Assembly: GCA_964016885.1 (NCBI GenBank) | Contig: CAXHJY010001504.1 | Coordinates: forward strand, 1 to 64,000 | Length of the DNA stretch: 64,000 bases | DNA from: Eledone cirrhosa | Lineage: Eukaryota | Direction of reading: 5' to 3' | Shown: positions 13,184-27,334 of the stretch, in pieces | Layout: every line of letters begins with the position of its first letter | Position numbering within the stretch: the stretch's first letter is position 1 | Program-made: the position numbers and the translations under genes | Notes under the pieces: generated by a model | Database searches by the model: none | The model's input: only the letters and a program-made list of their open reading frames with translations | Told to the model about the DNA's origin: nothing

Positions 13184-13786
13184 TTAAATACACATCTATA
13201 TTACCATGTATACACCACCTGAGGCAACTATGTGAACATTGTATGAAGTAGACTCATGGAGAATCTAACTCACATGTTTTCAGATACAATATACGCTGCC
13301 ATTACCTCGATAAGAACTCGCGTCCCACCGAATAATTTATCCGATTACATATGCAGTTTTTCCCCTTAATTAAATAATTTTAAACATACTCGGATAAATA
13401 TTTTTTTCTTCAAATTTCTTCTGCACAACTTTTATTTATTGATATATATTTTTTTGGTCTTCAAAATTACCCCGTTTCTTGTAGAAATCTGTCGTCTAAT
13501 TTGACGTTTGAAAATGAGTTTGAAAAATAAGTTGATTCAAGGTATTTAGGGAAAGAAACTGTAAGGAAGGAAAAAAAAAAAGAAAGAATAAAAGATGAAA
13601 CACACACACACACAAACGCGAAAAAGAAAGGAAATTTAAACAGAACGTTCAAAAAATACATACAGAGGAGAAGAAATAATGGAGGAAAGAATTTTGATAT
13701 ATATATATATATGGATATGTATATTTATATATGTATATACACATACATACATAAATATATATATACATGCATATGTATATATGTAT

Positions 13787-13858
<72 letters not shown>

Positions 13859-13931
13859 ATATCATAAATCATGTCCTTAGAATTATTAGATAAAATATAT
13901 ACTATGGATATATGTAAATCTTTATATATAG

Positions 13932-14068
<137 letters not shown>

Positions 14069-14097
14069 ATGTATATATATATATAATATATATATAT

Positions 14098-14290
14098 AAA
14101 CCACAAACCCTCCATCTCAATTCTACTTTTGAAAAGCCCAAGAACTGCGAAACCGGTAAAGGAAGCAAATAAATATATAATTTAAAAAAGAAGACTCCAG
14201 TTGCATTTTCGATTTCATCTTTTTCCTTATACTTTCACTCGTGTAGGACATCAATTTTTTTTTCATTTTGTATAAAAACCTCACATTCTA

Positions 14291-14291
<1 letters not shown>
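14098..14291 (+). mobile_element. Family B copy (decayed hammerhead stem II)
   Basis: Homologous to 18292-18496; (TA)n on both sides. Confidence 0.8.
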
Positions 14292-14382
<91 letters not shown>

Positions 14383-14507
14383 AATATATATATATAATGA
14401 TATATATATATATTTATTATATATATATATATTATATATATATTTATTATATATATATTTATTATATATATATATATTATATATATATTTATTATATATA
14501 TATTTAT

Positions 14508-14539
<32 letters not shown>

Positions 14540-14662
14540 ATTATATATATATTTATTATATATATATATATATTATATATATATTTATTATATATATATA
14601 TATTATATATATATTTATTATATATATATTTATTATATATATATATATATTATATATATATT

Positions 14663-14707
<45 letters not shown>

Positions 14708-14711
<4 letters not shown>

Positions 14712-14962
14712 GATATTAAATAAATGGAAACTATATTTATAAAACCATATTTATTCTATTATATATATTTCAAGGGTACCAAAACTTTGGTGCGCTTTCA
14801 TCAGATAAAATACAAAGTTTGTTTTATAAATTTTGACATAACCAAGAAAAGATACCTTAACGGTTCAAGTTTTTCTTATCCTTGAAATAAAACTGTCGAG
14901 TGCTCTGAATGAGTTATAAACATTTATATTTGTTGAATTACCAACAAATTAAATATCACTTT
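14708..14962. mobile_element. Family D PLE-like element: inverted HHR-bearing arm plus forward 3' tail
   Basis: HHR on the - strand at 14752-14812 (TATTTTAT-CTGATGA-stem II-GAAA-TATATA-TA-ATAGAATA). Homologous to 26425-26709, 56217-56658 and 58285-58662. Confidence 0.8.
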
Positions 14963-15036
14963 TGCTTATATATATATGTATATATATTTATACATATATA
15001 CTGATTTATATATATATATATGTATAGAGATATAAC

Positions 15037-15100
<64 letters not shown>

Positions 15101-15403
15101 TGGAGAAAGAGTGAGTGTGGTGGTGGTGGTGGGGGGGGGGGGATAAAAATATAAAAATGCCAATACAATGATAAGAACAACAAAAGTATATTTTTTTAAA
15201 AAGCAAAATAAAAAGATATGTTTTGAAAAGAGGAAGATAAACAGAGATTGGTTGACTTGAGGAAAAAATATAAATAGAGAAGATATGAAAAACGACAAAG
15301 GGGAAAATAAAAAAAATGATTGCAAAAGAGTGATACACACACACACAGACAAACATATATATGTATATATATATGTATATATATATATATAGTAATAATA
15401 GAA

Positions 15404-15467
<64 letters not shown>

Positions 15468-15531
15468 CATGTATATATATGTATATACATGTATATGTAT
15501 ATATATGTACATATATATATATTTATATATA

Positions 15532-15609
<78 letters not shown>

Positions 15610-15650
15610 CACGTATGTACATACATATATATAACGTACGTGTATCTAGA

Positions 15651-15722
<72 letters not shown>

Positions 15723-15779
15723 TATGTATATATGTATATACACATATATATATAATGTGTGTGTATCTATATGTGTGTG

Positions 15780-15812
<33 letters not shown>

Positions 15813-15893
15813 GTACTTATCTATCTAATCTATCTATATATATTATAACATATTTCAAAAGCGAGGCAAGGACGAACGAAATGAAAGAATGCC

Positions 15894-15964
<71 letters not shown>

Positions 15965-16556
15965 AAAAAAAAAATGCCCTCAAAATACCAACAAAAAACA
16001 ACCCCAACACCAAAAAAAAAACCTCAATAACAACCCATAAAGCAAGCAATTATTCCCTTTCTTCAAAACTTACAATCTCAAAATGACAGTCGTAACTTTA
16101 TTATATTTTTTAAAATGATCTTTCTTATTTTCTCTCATCACATTTCAAATATCTGCTGCTATAATTTATATACAATAATACTGTCTATATATCATTCACG
16201 TATTATTTTTTATTCATGCATTCTTATGTTTTGTATTTTGTATATCATCCACCCTCACCGCCTCACCTCCACACCTCCACACCTGTCTTATTTTCCTTCC
16301 AATATCTTCTTCTTCTTCTTCTTCTTCTTCTTCTTCTTCTTCTTCTTCTTCTTCTTCTTCTTCTTCTTCTTCTTCTTCTTCTTCTTCTTCTTCTTCTTCT
16401 TCTTCTTCTTCTTCTTCTTCTTCTTCTTCTTCTATCTCTTTATTTATCTATCTCTTTATCTATCTATCTCTCAGCCTCTTATCCTCTACTCTCACGTTCT
16501 TCCAGATTTTTTTTTCATGAATTCACGATTTACTCGACCCCTGAGATGTATCTATA

Positions 16557-16640
<84 letters not shown>

Positions 16641-16689
16641 GATATAGATATATAAATATACCTCTCTCCCTCTCTTTATATATATATAT

Positions 16690-16829
16690 AATTATTTAAT
16701 ATAGAAATGGTTTCTACAGGACTAGAACTGTTTCATTTGTATGGAATCATCAAAAATGGGCATTCCTGATGATTTCATACGAATGAAACAGTTCTAGTCC
16801 TGTAGAAACCATTTCTATATTAAATAATT
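16690..16829 (+). mobile_element. Family C inverted repeat with a hammerhead at 16763-16807
   Basis: Arms 16690-16752 / 16767-16829; TTC-CTGATGA-TTTCATACGAAT-GAAA-CAG-TTCTAGTC-CTG-TA-GAA. Relatives at 46714-46780 and 53596-53689. Confidence 0.75.
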
Positions 16830-16960
16830 TTTTCTACATTTGGCACAAGGCCAGCAATTACCCAGTGCATTACTGGTATTTTATTTATTCGACCCCGTAA
16901 AGATGAAAGGCAAAGTTAACCTTGGCGGGATTTGAACTTAGACTGTAAAGGGTCGTAATG
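16830..16960 (-). mobile_element. SINE family 1 copy, 5'-truncated
   Basis: Reverse complement of the B-box, core and tail. Confidence 0.85.
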
Positions 16961-17050
16961 ATGTTTAGACTCTACTAACGTATTGAGTACATTTTTAATT
17001 TAACTCGGAACCTACATATCTATCTATCTATCAATCTGTCTAACCTACCC

Positions 17051-17083
<33 letters not shown>

Positions 17084-17336
17084 AATGAAAAGTATAGAAA
17101 TTATTATGAGCAAGAAGCCAACAGTATTTCATAAAATATAGGTGACTATAGAGTCAAAATGGGAAAATAGTTAACGTAAGATGTGGGAAAAATAATTCAA
17201 AGTCAATTCAAAAAGAATCAGGATATAGATTCATCCAACAGAATTTAGTGAAATCCAGGGAAAAATCAATAGAGACTTAACGCATGATAAAATAAAGTTT
17301 AAAATACTCATCCTTCAATTTGGAAAAACTACAAAT

Positions 17337-17416
17337 GCTCTGTATAGTCTTGAAAAGACTATTTCACGAAACTTTCAGTGGGATTAATTACGGTTGGATT
17401 CGATCATCAGCAGAGC
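17337..17416 (-). ncRNA. Canonical type I hammerhead ribozyme with a full stem III
   Basis: Minus strand GCTCTG-CTGATGA-T-CGAA..TTCG-T-GAAA-TAGTCTT-TTC-AAGACTA-TA-CAGAGC: 6-bp stem I, 7-bp stem III. Confidence 0.85.
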
Positions 17417-17899
17417 CCAACACGATAACCAAAAACTCACTGATTATAATATGCCAAAAAGGGAATTTAAAAGCAGGCTAGTTCAACATCATGCGTAATT
17501 ATGAAAATAAAACGCACATGTGGAGACAGGGCTGGTGACGTCAGAATGAGACGAATATTTGTTTACATGAAATAACAGTCAAAAACATTCCGAAGAAAAC
17601 TCTACAATAAGGAGTTCAGCAATATATATATATATATATATATACATAAAATTGCACATACATATACATATTTTAGATGCTACAGTAATAAAGTAAATGT
17701 GTCTTAGCCAGTTTCTACAATGGCAATGTTTCGATGAACTGAACTACCCTCTCCTTGAATTAGCTTGCAAAGTGGTTGAGTATTCCCCAGAAATATTTAC
17801 TCAGAACATAATCCTCACCATGACACAGTGTGTGACAATGCTACAATACTTGGCCTTAGAATTACAGGTACACGAGGGTCAACTGAAAGGTTTATATTT

Positions 17900-18138
17900 T
17901 GACCCTCAACCGTGACACCCTCAGGCTGGTGGATGAACAATGATGGCCAAATTACAGCCCATCTTCGCCTCTTGGTTTCCAGCTTATCTCTTCTCCCCTG
18001 CTCCAAAGCCAACAAGAGACCCTTTCTGCTAATGTCAGCGAGCATTCTCCATACTGAGTGAGCCCGGAACCCCTGCAGACCTTCGACTGGAAATAGCGAT
18101 GGCTGACAACCTTTTGTCCTGCACACCTATACAAAGAT
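17900..18138 (-). mobile_element. 3' end of a HERO-like RLE non-LTR retrotransposon (frameshifted, internally deleted)
   Basis: Two frames give CRTKGCQPSLFPVE / VCRG / GFRAHSVWRML / AERVSCWLWSRGEEISWKP, matching the FPVEVGCRGF..SVWRML...AE.AS.WLW.RR.E..W C-terminus. Confidence 0.7.
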
Positions 18139-18144
18139 CAAGCT

Positions 18145-18262
18145 GTCGAAACGGCCGCAGCTCAGCCGTCGGGGTCCTGACTCTTTATCTATTACCCACT
18201 CTACTACCCTAAGTATCGAGTACTCTGGTGCGTTATGGTCCATCTGATTCCATACCACACTT
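18145..18262 (+). mobile_element. Family E fragment with the 3' half of a hammerhead (GAAA-CGGC..GCCG-TC)
   Basis: Multiple homologous copies in the window; ends in (TA)n. Confidence 0.65.
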
Positions 18263-18291
18263 TCTTTGTTATATATATATATATATATATG

Positions 18292-18488
18292 AAAAGCCAC
18301 AGACCCTCCATCTCAACTCACCTTTTGAAAAGCAGAAGAACTGCGAAACCGGTAAAGGAACCAAATAAATATATATATTTAAAAAAAAATAAGACTTCAG
18401 TTGCATTTTCGATTTCATCTCTTTTTCTTTATACTTCCACTCGTGTAGGACACCTCGGTTATTTTTCATTTTGTAAAAAAAACCTCAC

Positions 18489-18496
<8 letters not shown>
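18292..18496 (+). mobile_element. Family B copy in (TA)n
   Basis: Nearly identical to 56842-57047. Confidence 0.85.
18321..18358 (+). ncRNA. Minimal type I hammerhead with a U3-A8 core
   Basis: CCTT-TTGAAAA-GCAG-AAGAA-CTGC-GAAA-CCGG-TA-AAGG. Confidence 0.7.
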
Positions 18497-18549
<53 letters not shown>

Positions 18550-18585
18550 TATACGTATGTATGCAAAAAGTAAACATGTATGGTT

Positions 18586-18616
<31 letters not shown>

Positions 18617-18642
18617 CACACACAGACAGACACACACATACG

Positions 18643-18689
<47 letters not shown>

Positions 18690-18814
18690 CTGTTTATTCT
18701 TATAAATGATGGTCGTCTGCAGTTTTCGCCAACCAAACTTATCTTCCATTAGCTAACCTCTCCAATTGGTCGCCACCACCAGCCAGCAACTTGTGATTCT
18801 CTGTAGTGTCACTA

Positions 18815-18903
<89 letters not shown>

Positions 18904-19055
18904 GTTTCTCTTTCTCTCTCTCAGTCAAGTGTTTTCATTCTTTCACATCTTTTATAGTTCTTTGTTTATTTGTTTGTTTATTTGTTTCCTTCTTCCTTCC
19001 TAGTGTCTTTCTTTCTTTCTATCCTTCTTTCTTTCTTTCTTTTTTCATTCTTTTT

Positions 19056-19119
<64 letters not shown>

Positions 19120-19189
19120 TTTTTCTTTCTCTCTTTGTTTCTTTGTTTCATACTCTTTTCATTCTTTCTCACTTTTTTTTATTTTAACT

Positions 19190-19237
<48 letters not shown>

Positions 19238-19774
19238 CCCCCCCCTCACTCTACTCTGTCTATCGGATGACGAGGGTTATTTCCCCTTCCTTACTTTGCC
19301 GATGGCCAGGAAACCTTTCCACCATGTAAATGTTACAGCCTCGTTGTGAAACCATTGTAGGGTGGATTTGAGATGGGATGAAGGTGAGGTGTGGTATGGG
19401 ACCTGGGCTACGTACAGAAGAAGGAAGAAAATAATAATAATAATAATAATAATAATTTCATTTATTGGCCACAAGGGCCGACATGTAGGGGACAATACAA
19501 AGACAGGGACAGTGGGGTTTACAATAAGGTCGTGTAAAATTGCACAATGGCAAGACTAATTTAATAATAAATAATAATAGTAATAATAATAGAAGAAAAA
19601 GAAGTAAAAAATATTTTTAAAAGCCCAGAAATAATACACACACGTGTAGGTACAGACTCATAATCTTATCCACAAATCCACACATATACACAAGCACACA
19701 CACACACACACACATATATAATATATATAGCACAAATGTATTTATCTATCTAACTATCTATTACTCTCTATATA

Positions 19775-20564
19775 CAATGTGCGGACGATATTTGTTTGCA
19801 ATTTTCAACTGCTAATAATTTTGAACCTCCAAATTTGTGGACACGGAGTTCTTCTTGGAATCCGCGCCGGGAGGACAAATAAGACCAGAAGATCAACTCC
19901 CAGAACAACAGGTGGCTCGCTGTCTCATCCAAAGACGTGCCCATTCATGCAGACAAAGTTTCCAGCGACAACATTGGTCTTAGGTGTCGTCAGCAGTCAA
20001 AGTGACGTCATGCCACCTCACTACTTCCCTGAGGGCCTCAAGCTGAATACCGATGGCTACATCCGCGTTCTGAGCGAGGTAGTAAAGCCCTGGATCGACC
20101 AAGTAGCTGCAGGTAGGCCGTACGTGTGGCAGCAAGACTCAGCGCCCTGCCATACCAGCCGAAAGACCCAAGCCTGGCTGTCAGAGAACTTCGTCGACCA
20201 CACTTCACCTGACATCTGGCCTCCCAGCTCGCCTGACTGCAACCCCCTCGACTTCTTTGTGTGGGGCGCAGTGGAACGAGACACCAACAGATCTAGCTGC
20301 AATACGAAAGACAATCTGAAGGCCAGGATCACAAGTGCCTTTAGGGGCCTAAGTCGGGGGACAGTGACGAAGGCCTGTAGCCGGTTCCGAGGCCGCTTTG
20401 AGGCCGTCATCAAATCCAATGGCGGGTTTATCGAGTGAGATCGAAAGAACAAGTCATGAAGACAAACTGACCCAAGTTTGATAAATAAATCTTAAAAAAA
20501 TAAAAACTACTGTGTTATTTTTTCCTAGACAGTAATCTTGCGAACAGATATCGTCCGCACCCTG
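19775..20564 (+). mobile_element. Internally deleted DD37D (maT) Tc1/mariner-superfamily transposon, 790 bp
   Basis: 27-bp TIRs at 19775-19801 / 20538-20564 (4 mismatches); TA flanks. Confidence 0.9.
19882..20438 (+). pseudogene. Transposase C-terminal catalytic domain remnant
   Basis: DQKINSQNNRWLA (frameshifted), then TKFPA..LGVVS..WQQDSAPCH..WPPSSPDCNPLDFFVWG with 37 residues between the last two Asp. The N-terminus and first Asp are absent. Confidence 0.9.
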
Positions 20565-20591
20565 TATATACAGTGACACACACACATATGT

Positions 20592-20672
<81 letters not shown>

Positions 20673-20675
<3 letters not shown>

Positions 20676-20924
20676 TAGTTAAGCAAAACAAGACCACAAA
20701 TTTCACAAGGAAGACATTATTAAAAGATTGTCAACATATTTTGGTTTGATGTAAGGAATGTAGAGATAATAATAATAATATTAATAATAATAATTATCAT
20801 CATTATTATTATTATTAATATTATTATTATTAGTCTCTACATTGCTTACATCAAACTAAAATATGTTGACAATCTTTTAATAATGTCTTCCTTGTGAAAT
20901 TTGTCTTGTTTTGCTTAACTAATG
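20673..20924. repeat. About 250-bp quasi-palindrome with a (TAA)n/(TTA)n centre
   Basis: Unique arms at 20673-20766 / 20834-20924; the spacer is itself nearly self-complementary. Confidence 0.85.
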
Positions 20925-21104
20925 AATATTTCCAGCTCTGTGCACCTAACCTCTGCATGAAGCCAGCCACCTAGCTGCTTTCCACTGCATATTGCACATT
21001 GAGCACATGCCTTTACGCTTTGGCTTCTAACTAATTCACCAATCTCTCCTCTCCTATCTCCTCTCCTATCTCCATCTCTCTCTTTAAGATTGGTTACTCT
21101 TGAA

Positions 21105-21172
<68 letters not shown>

Positions 21173-21367
21173 GAAAATACAGCATATTCGAAGTTTGAGC
21201 AGCAGCTAAGCTAACGAATGGCTTCAGTAGTGCAGCCAAGCACTCGACCTCAGAGTAATAACATACAGTTTAAATTGAAGATAGCGACCGCTAATTCAGC
21301 CGCGTGATCTGTAGCAACGAAAGAACTGACTAGTGAGAAAAAATACATACACATATACATATATATA

Positions 21368-21665
<298 letters not shown>

Positions 21666-21668
21666 AAG

Positions 21669-22959
21669 AGAAAAGATGAATATAAAATAAAAGTGCTTTT
21701 ATAAAGGAATTTATTAGGTATTGACATATGTTTCTGTAACAGACGGAACACCTATGTATCGCTGCTTGCGTAAACATATAATATTAGCAAGTATTCGATA
21801 GCAAATGTATAATCAGTTGTCACTTCTTCAGAGATATTGGATAAATTGGAAAAAATCAGAAAAATCAAAGTATTTATATTAGTTGTAAGAAGAGAAGGGA
21901 TAGTATATGACAGATGGCAATTCAATTTGCTGGTAAACAAGTATATAGAAGGTTTTTAATGAGAATACAATGAGTATATGGCTTATTTTATCTAAATAAG
22001 GATTTTTGGGAGTGCCTATTTTAATCTATATTTGACCAGTTGAACAATGGACGTTTGTTGTACTAGTATTAATACAGATATAAAGTGTTAAGTAAGGAAG
22101 AGAGAGATTTTCACTGCTACTGTATAACAACAATGCTGGTAGCCTGCTGGTATATGCATTAGGGAATTGAATTAAGAAATCTCATTTTATCTATAGCAGT
22201 TTATATTAAATGGTAAAGAATAGAAGAGTTGATAGAATTAAGAGTAATAGAGAATGCTAATATGTATTTTGACAATCACACGGAGATGGAGACAGGTGTT
22301 CAATCATGGTAGCGTTTGTAATATGAAAATGTAGATTTCTAGCGATGGTTACAGTATAACGATCGCTCTATTCTGTTATTTTATAAAATATTTTTGGATT
22401 TCATAATACAAAATATTTCCATATTACACAATTTACAAAATTAACAAAATTTACAAAATTCCTGTCCATGGAAATATGCAGGCTACCAGCACAGTAGCAG
22501 TGAAAATCTCTCTCTTCCTTACTTGACAATATCTGTATTAATACTACTACACCAAATGACCAGCCCTGTCCATTGTTCAACTGGTCAAATATAGATTAAA
22601 ATAGGCACTCCCAAAAATTCTTATTTAGATAAAATAAGCCATATACTCATTGTATTCTCATTAAAAACCTTCTATATACTTGTTTACCAGCAAATTGAAT
22701 TGCCATCTGTCATATACTATCCCCTCTCTTCTTCCTTTCTTACAACTAATATAAATACTTTGATTTTTCTGATTTTTTCCAATTTATCCAATATCTCTGA
22801 AGAAGTGACAACTGATTATACATTTGCTATCGAATACTTGCTAACATTATATGATTACGCAAGCAGCGATACATAGGTATTCCGTCTGTTACAGAAACAT
22901 ATGTCAATACCTAATAAATTCCTTTATAAAAGCACTTTCATTTTATATTCATCTTTTCT
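21669..22959. mobile_element. About 480-bp inverted repeat (21669-22147 / 22478-22959), PLE-like, with an HHR-like motif in each arm
   Basis: The arms are highly similar reverse complements. The + arm has CTGAAGA (22797) ...GAAA-CATATG-TC (22894-22905) followed by AATAAA. Confidence 0.8.
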
Positions 22960-23374
22960 ACATTTTCTCCGGAATATAATTTATACTCGTTGAGCATCTC
23001 TAGCGTGACGATATATTATCACTACATTATTAATAACTTGAAATTTATATATATATATATATAAATATACATACATTTTTTATATACATATATACTATGG
23101 TATTCACACAAGCATATATATATATATATATATATATACAGTGGCAGACTGAAAAATTGAAAAACAAATTATTGAAAACGAACTCGAAAAGTGGTAGTTG
23201 TGGTGGTGGTGGTGGTGGTTGTGGTGGTGGTGATGGTGTTGGTGAGGTTGACGGCGAGGTGTGTATGTTTGTTGGGTGGGGTGTATAAATGGCCCTTTAA
23301 AATTAGTCTTTGATTTGTAAATAACCCCCAGCTGACAACATTGATAGACACCATACAACCTATAAATACACACT

Positions 23375-24203
23375 AACAACAACAGCAACAACAACAACAA
23401 CAACAACAACAGCATAAACAACAATAGCAACAATAACAACAGCATAAACAACAATAACAGCAACAATAACAACAGCAACAACAACTGTAAACAACAGGAA
23501 TAACAATAACAACAAAAATGACAAAAATATTGATAACAACAACATCAATAACAACAACAGCAGTAAAACAACATAAACAACAACAAAAAGAGTATTGATA
23601 ACAGCAACAACAATAACACTACACAATATAAACAATGTTGATAACAACAGCAACAATAACAACACTATACAATATCAACAACAATAACAACACTATACAA
23701 TATCAACAACAATAGCAACACTATACAATATCAACAACAACAACAACACTATACAATATCAACAACAATAACAACACTATACAATATCAACAACAATAAC
23801 AACACTATACAATATCAACAACAACAATAACAACACTATACAATATAAACAACAGTAACAACAACAACACTATACAATATCAACAACAGTAACAACAACA
23901 AAACTATACAATATAAACAACAGTAACGACAATAACAACACTATACAATGTCAACAACAGTAACAACAACAACACTATACAATATAAACAATAGTAACAA
24001 CAACAACACTATACAATATAAACAACAGTAACGACAATAACAACACTATACAATATCAACAACAGTAACAACAACAACACTATACAATATCAACAACAGT
24101 AACAACAATAACAACAACAGTAACAACAATAACAACAACAGTAACAACAATAACACCAACTTTGATATCAACAACAAGAAACAACAATACCAACCATATT
24201 GAT

Positions 24204-24239
<36 letters not shown>

Positions 24240-24330
24240 AACAACAACAGCACTCCACAACGATAATAGCAACAACAATAACAACAAAAAGAGCAACAAC
24301 AATAATAACAACAGTAACACTTCTGAATAA
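23375..24330. repeat. (AAC)n-derived minisatellite with AACAACACTATACAATAT units (23660-24095)
   Basis: Visible directly in the sequence. Confidence 0.9.
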
Positions 24331-24344
24331 CAAAAAAACAATTA

Positions 24345-25255
24345 TATCACCATCGTCCCCAACATTACCAAAACCACCACCACCATCACCACTACCTCCA
24401 TCACCACCAACGCTCCCACCATCACCACCAACACCAACACCAACACCACCACCAGCACTACCACCACCATAACTAACACCACCACCAACAACACTACCAC
24501 CAAAACCAACACTGCCACTATCACCACCAACACCAACACAACCAGCATCACCAGCACTATCACCACCATCACTAACACCACCACCAACAACACTACCACC
24601 AAAACCAACGCTCCCACCATCACCACCAACACCAACACCAACACCACCACCAGCACTACCACCACCATAACTAACACCACCACCAACAACACTACCACCA
24701 AAACCAACACTGCCACTATCACCACCAACACCAACACAACCAGCATCACCAGCACTATCACCACCATCACTAACACCACCACCAACAACACTACCACCAA
24801 AACCAACGCTCCCACCATCATCACCAACACCAACACCAACACCACCAGCATCACCAGCACTAACACCACCATCACTAACACCACCACAACAACACTACCG
24901 AAACCAACACTACCACCAAAACCAATACCACCATTGCCAACAACGACACCATCATCACCACCACCACCACTAAAACCACCAACACTACCACCACACCACC
25001 ACCACCACCAGCAACACTACTACTACTACCACCACACTACCACCACCACCAGTAACACTACTACCACCACACCACCACCACCACCACCACCAGCAACACT
25101 ACTACTATCACCACACCACCACCACCAGCAACACTACTACTACCACCACACCACCACCACCACCAGCAACACTACTACTACCACCACACCACCACCACCA
25201 GCAACAATACTACTACCACCACCACCACCACTAAAACCACCAACACATCAACAGT
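24345..25255. repeat. (ACC)n-derived array with a 198-bp higher-order period
   Basis: The marker CGCTCCCACC occurs at 24411, 24609 and 24807. Confidence 0.85.
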
Positions 25256-25571
25256 ACTAATGTGACAGTACCAACAACAATGGCGGCGATATCACACAAG
25301 ATGCCTGACTGACATCATCACGTCACAGCTTTCAATGATAGAGTACCATTCATCTGGCGTTCTTGTGGCAAATAAATGGAAACCTTCTTCTTTGCGTTGT
25401 TGTTGTTGCCGTTGTTGTTGTTGTTGTCGTTGTTGTTGTCGTTGTCGTCGTCGTCGTCGTCGTCGTCGTTGGTGGTGGTGGTGGTAGTGGTGGTGGTGGT
25501 AGTGGTGGTGGTGGTGGTGGTGGTGGTGGTGGTGGCGGTGGCGTTGCTGCTGCTGCTGCTGTTGTTGTTGC

Positions 25572-25623
<52 letters not shown>

Positions 25624-25919
25624 CTTCTTCTTCTTCTTCTTCTTCTTCAACATTAAAAAACAATAAAATAAAAAAGGCAACACTAACTAACAATAAATGA
25701 AAACGAGGCACTACCTTTATAATTTTGTAATAATAACTATTTTTTAAAATTAATTACTCCCCCTCTTCCTTCTCCCCACCGACCACCATTACTCCCCCTT
25801 CATCCCTCACCACTATCAACTCCCCCTCTCCCTCCTCCCTCAACAACTACTACTACTATTATAACAAAAAAAAAATCATTATGCATTGTTTTTATTAATG
25901 TCATTGTAATTACTATTAT

Positions 25920-26378
25920 CAGTAGAAGGTCGGACGCCATGCTTTCCAGCATAGTTACGTCCCTTTACGGTCTGAGTTCAAATCCCGCCAAGGTTAACTT
26001 TGCCTTTAATCCTTACGGGGGTCGATAAAATAAAGTACCAGTAATGCACTGGGGTAATTGCTGGCCTTGTGCCAAAAGTAGAAACAATTATTTCTATCAT
26101 CACCATCATCGTCATCGTTGTCGCCATCATCAATATCATCATCATCATGTTTAACATTCTTCTTCTTCTTCTTCTTCTTCTTCAAGGCCAGCAATTTTGG
26201 GGGAGCGGAAAGTCGATTAAATCGACCCCAATGCATTACTGGTACTTTATTTTATCGACCCCGTAAGGATGAAAGGCAAAGTTAACCTCGGCGGGATTTG
26301 ATCTCAGAATGTGAAGGGCCATAACTCTATGCTGCAAAGCATGGTGTCTGACGCTCTACCGATTCTGCCAGGTCACCA
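25920..26378. mobile_element. Two SINE family 1 copies tail-to-tail (+ 25920-26090; - 26184-26378)
   Basis: B-box and core present in both orientations. Confidence 0.85.
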
Positions 26379-26424
26379 ATAATATAATAATTGTTTCGAC
26401 ACACACACACATACATATATATAA

Positions 26425-26705
26425 GCAGAAGGGATATTCAGTTTGTTGGTAATTCAACAAATATAAATGTTTATAACTGATTCAGAGCACTCTACAAGTT
26501 TTCTGGGGTATAATATACAATGATATGGAATATAACTATCCAAGAATAACTTGAACCTTTAAGGTATATTCTCCTTGGTTATGTCAAAATTTATAAAAAA
26601 CACTTCGTATTTTATTTGATGATAGCGTACCAAAATTTTGGTACCCTTGAAATATATATAATAGAATAAATATGATTTTATAAATATAGTTTCCATTTAT
26701 TTAAT

Positions 26706-26709
<4 letters not shown>
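26425..26709. mobile_element. Family D element (reverse tail plus forward HHR arm; core mutated to TTGATGA at 26616)
   Basis: Mirror arrangement of 14708-14962. Confidence 0.75.
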
Positions 26710-26749
<40 letters not shown>

Positions 26750-27106
26750 CCTGTTGAGAAAGTGACTTCCTTGTTCAATCATCTTATCAGTAGCCTAACA
26801 TTATTTGTCTAAGCGGACAGTACTTGATTTAGGAGTCGTAGAAAGCCAAATGCTGGATTTTTACCAACCATCCAGGGGTCCGGGTAAATTTTTCAATCAT
26901 ATTTTTTTATTTGTTTGACCCGAATTACTTGGTCGTTTCTATGGCTGTGCGGATAATGGTTTAACCATCGTCTCAGTGTGTTTGGCCTTTTAACGTATGT
27001 TGTAGCTCTGGTTCGTTAGAATTATTGAGCGCTTGCCACACATCTCGGAAGTTGTTTTTCGCTAATTTCCAAAGCCGAAATACGATTCTCGCTAATTTAT
27101 ATTTGT

Positions 27107-27236
<130 letters not shown>

Positions 27237-27334
27237 GGTAAACAGAAATAACAACACAATCGGTACAGTATATGGAAAGTATATATTAGGTTAACGCTTG
27301 ATATAGCAGGAAGATAGTTATGTAATAAACAACA

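Noticed and set aside
18145-18180. Family E as a complete hammerhead
   Set aside because: Only GAAA-stem III-UC-stem I' is present. No copy in the window includes the CUGANGA half, so it is counted as partial.
20057-20452. 131-aa minus-strand ORF
   Set aside because: It is antisense to the transposase remnant.
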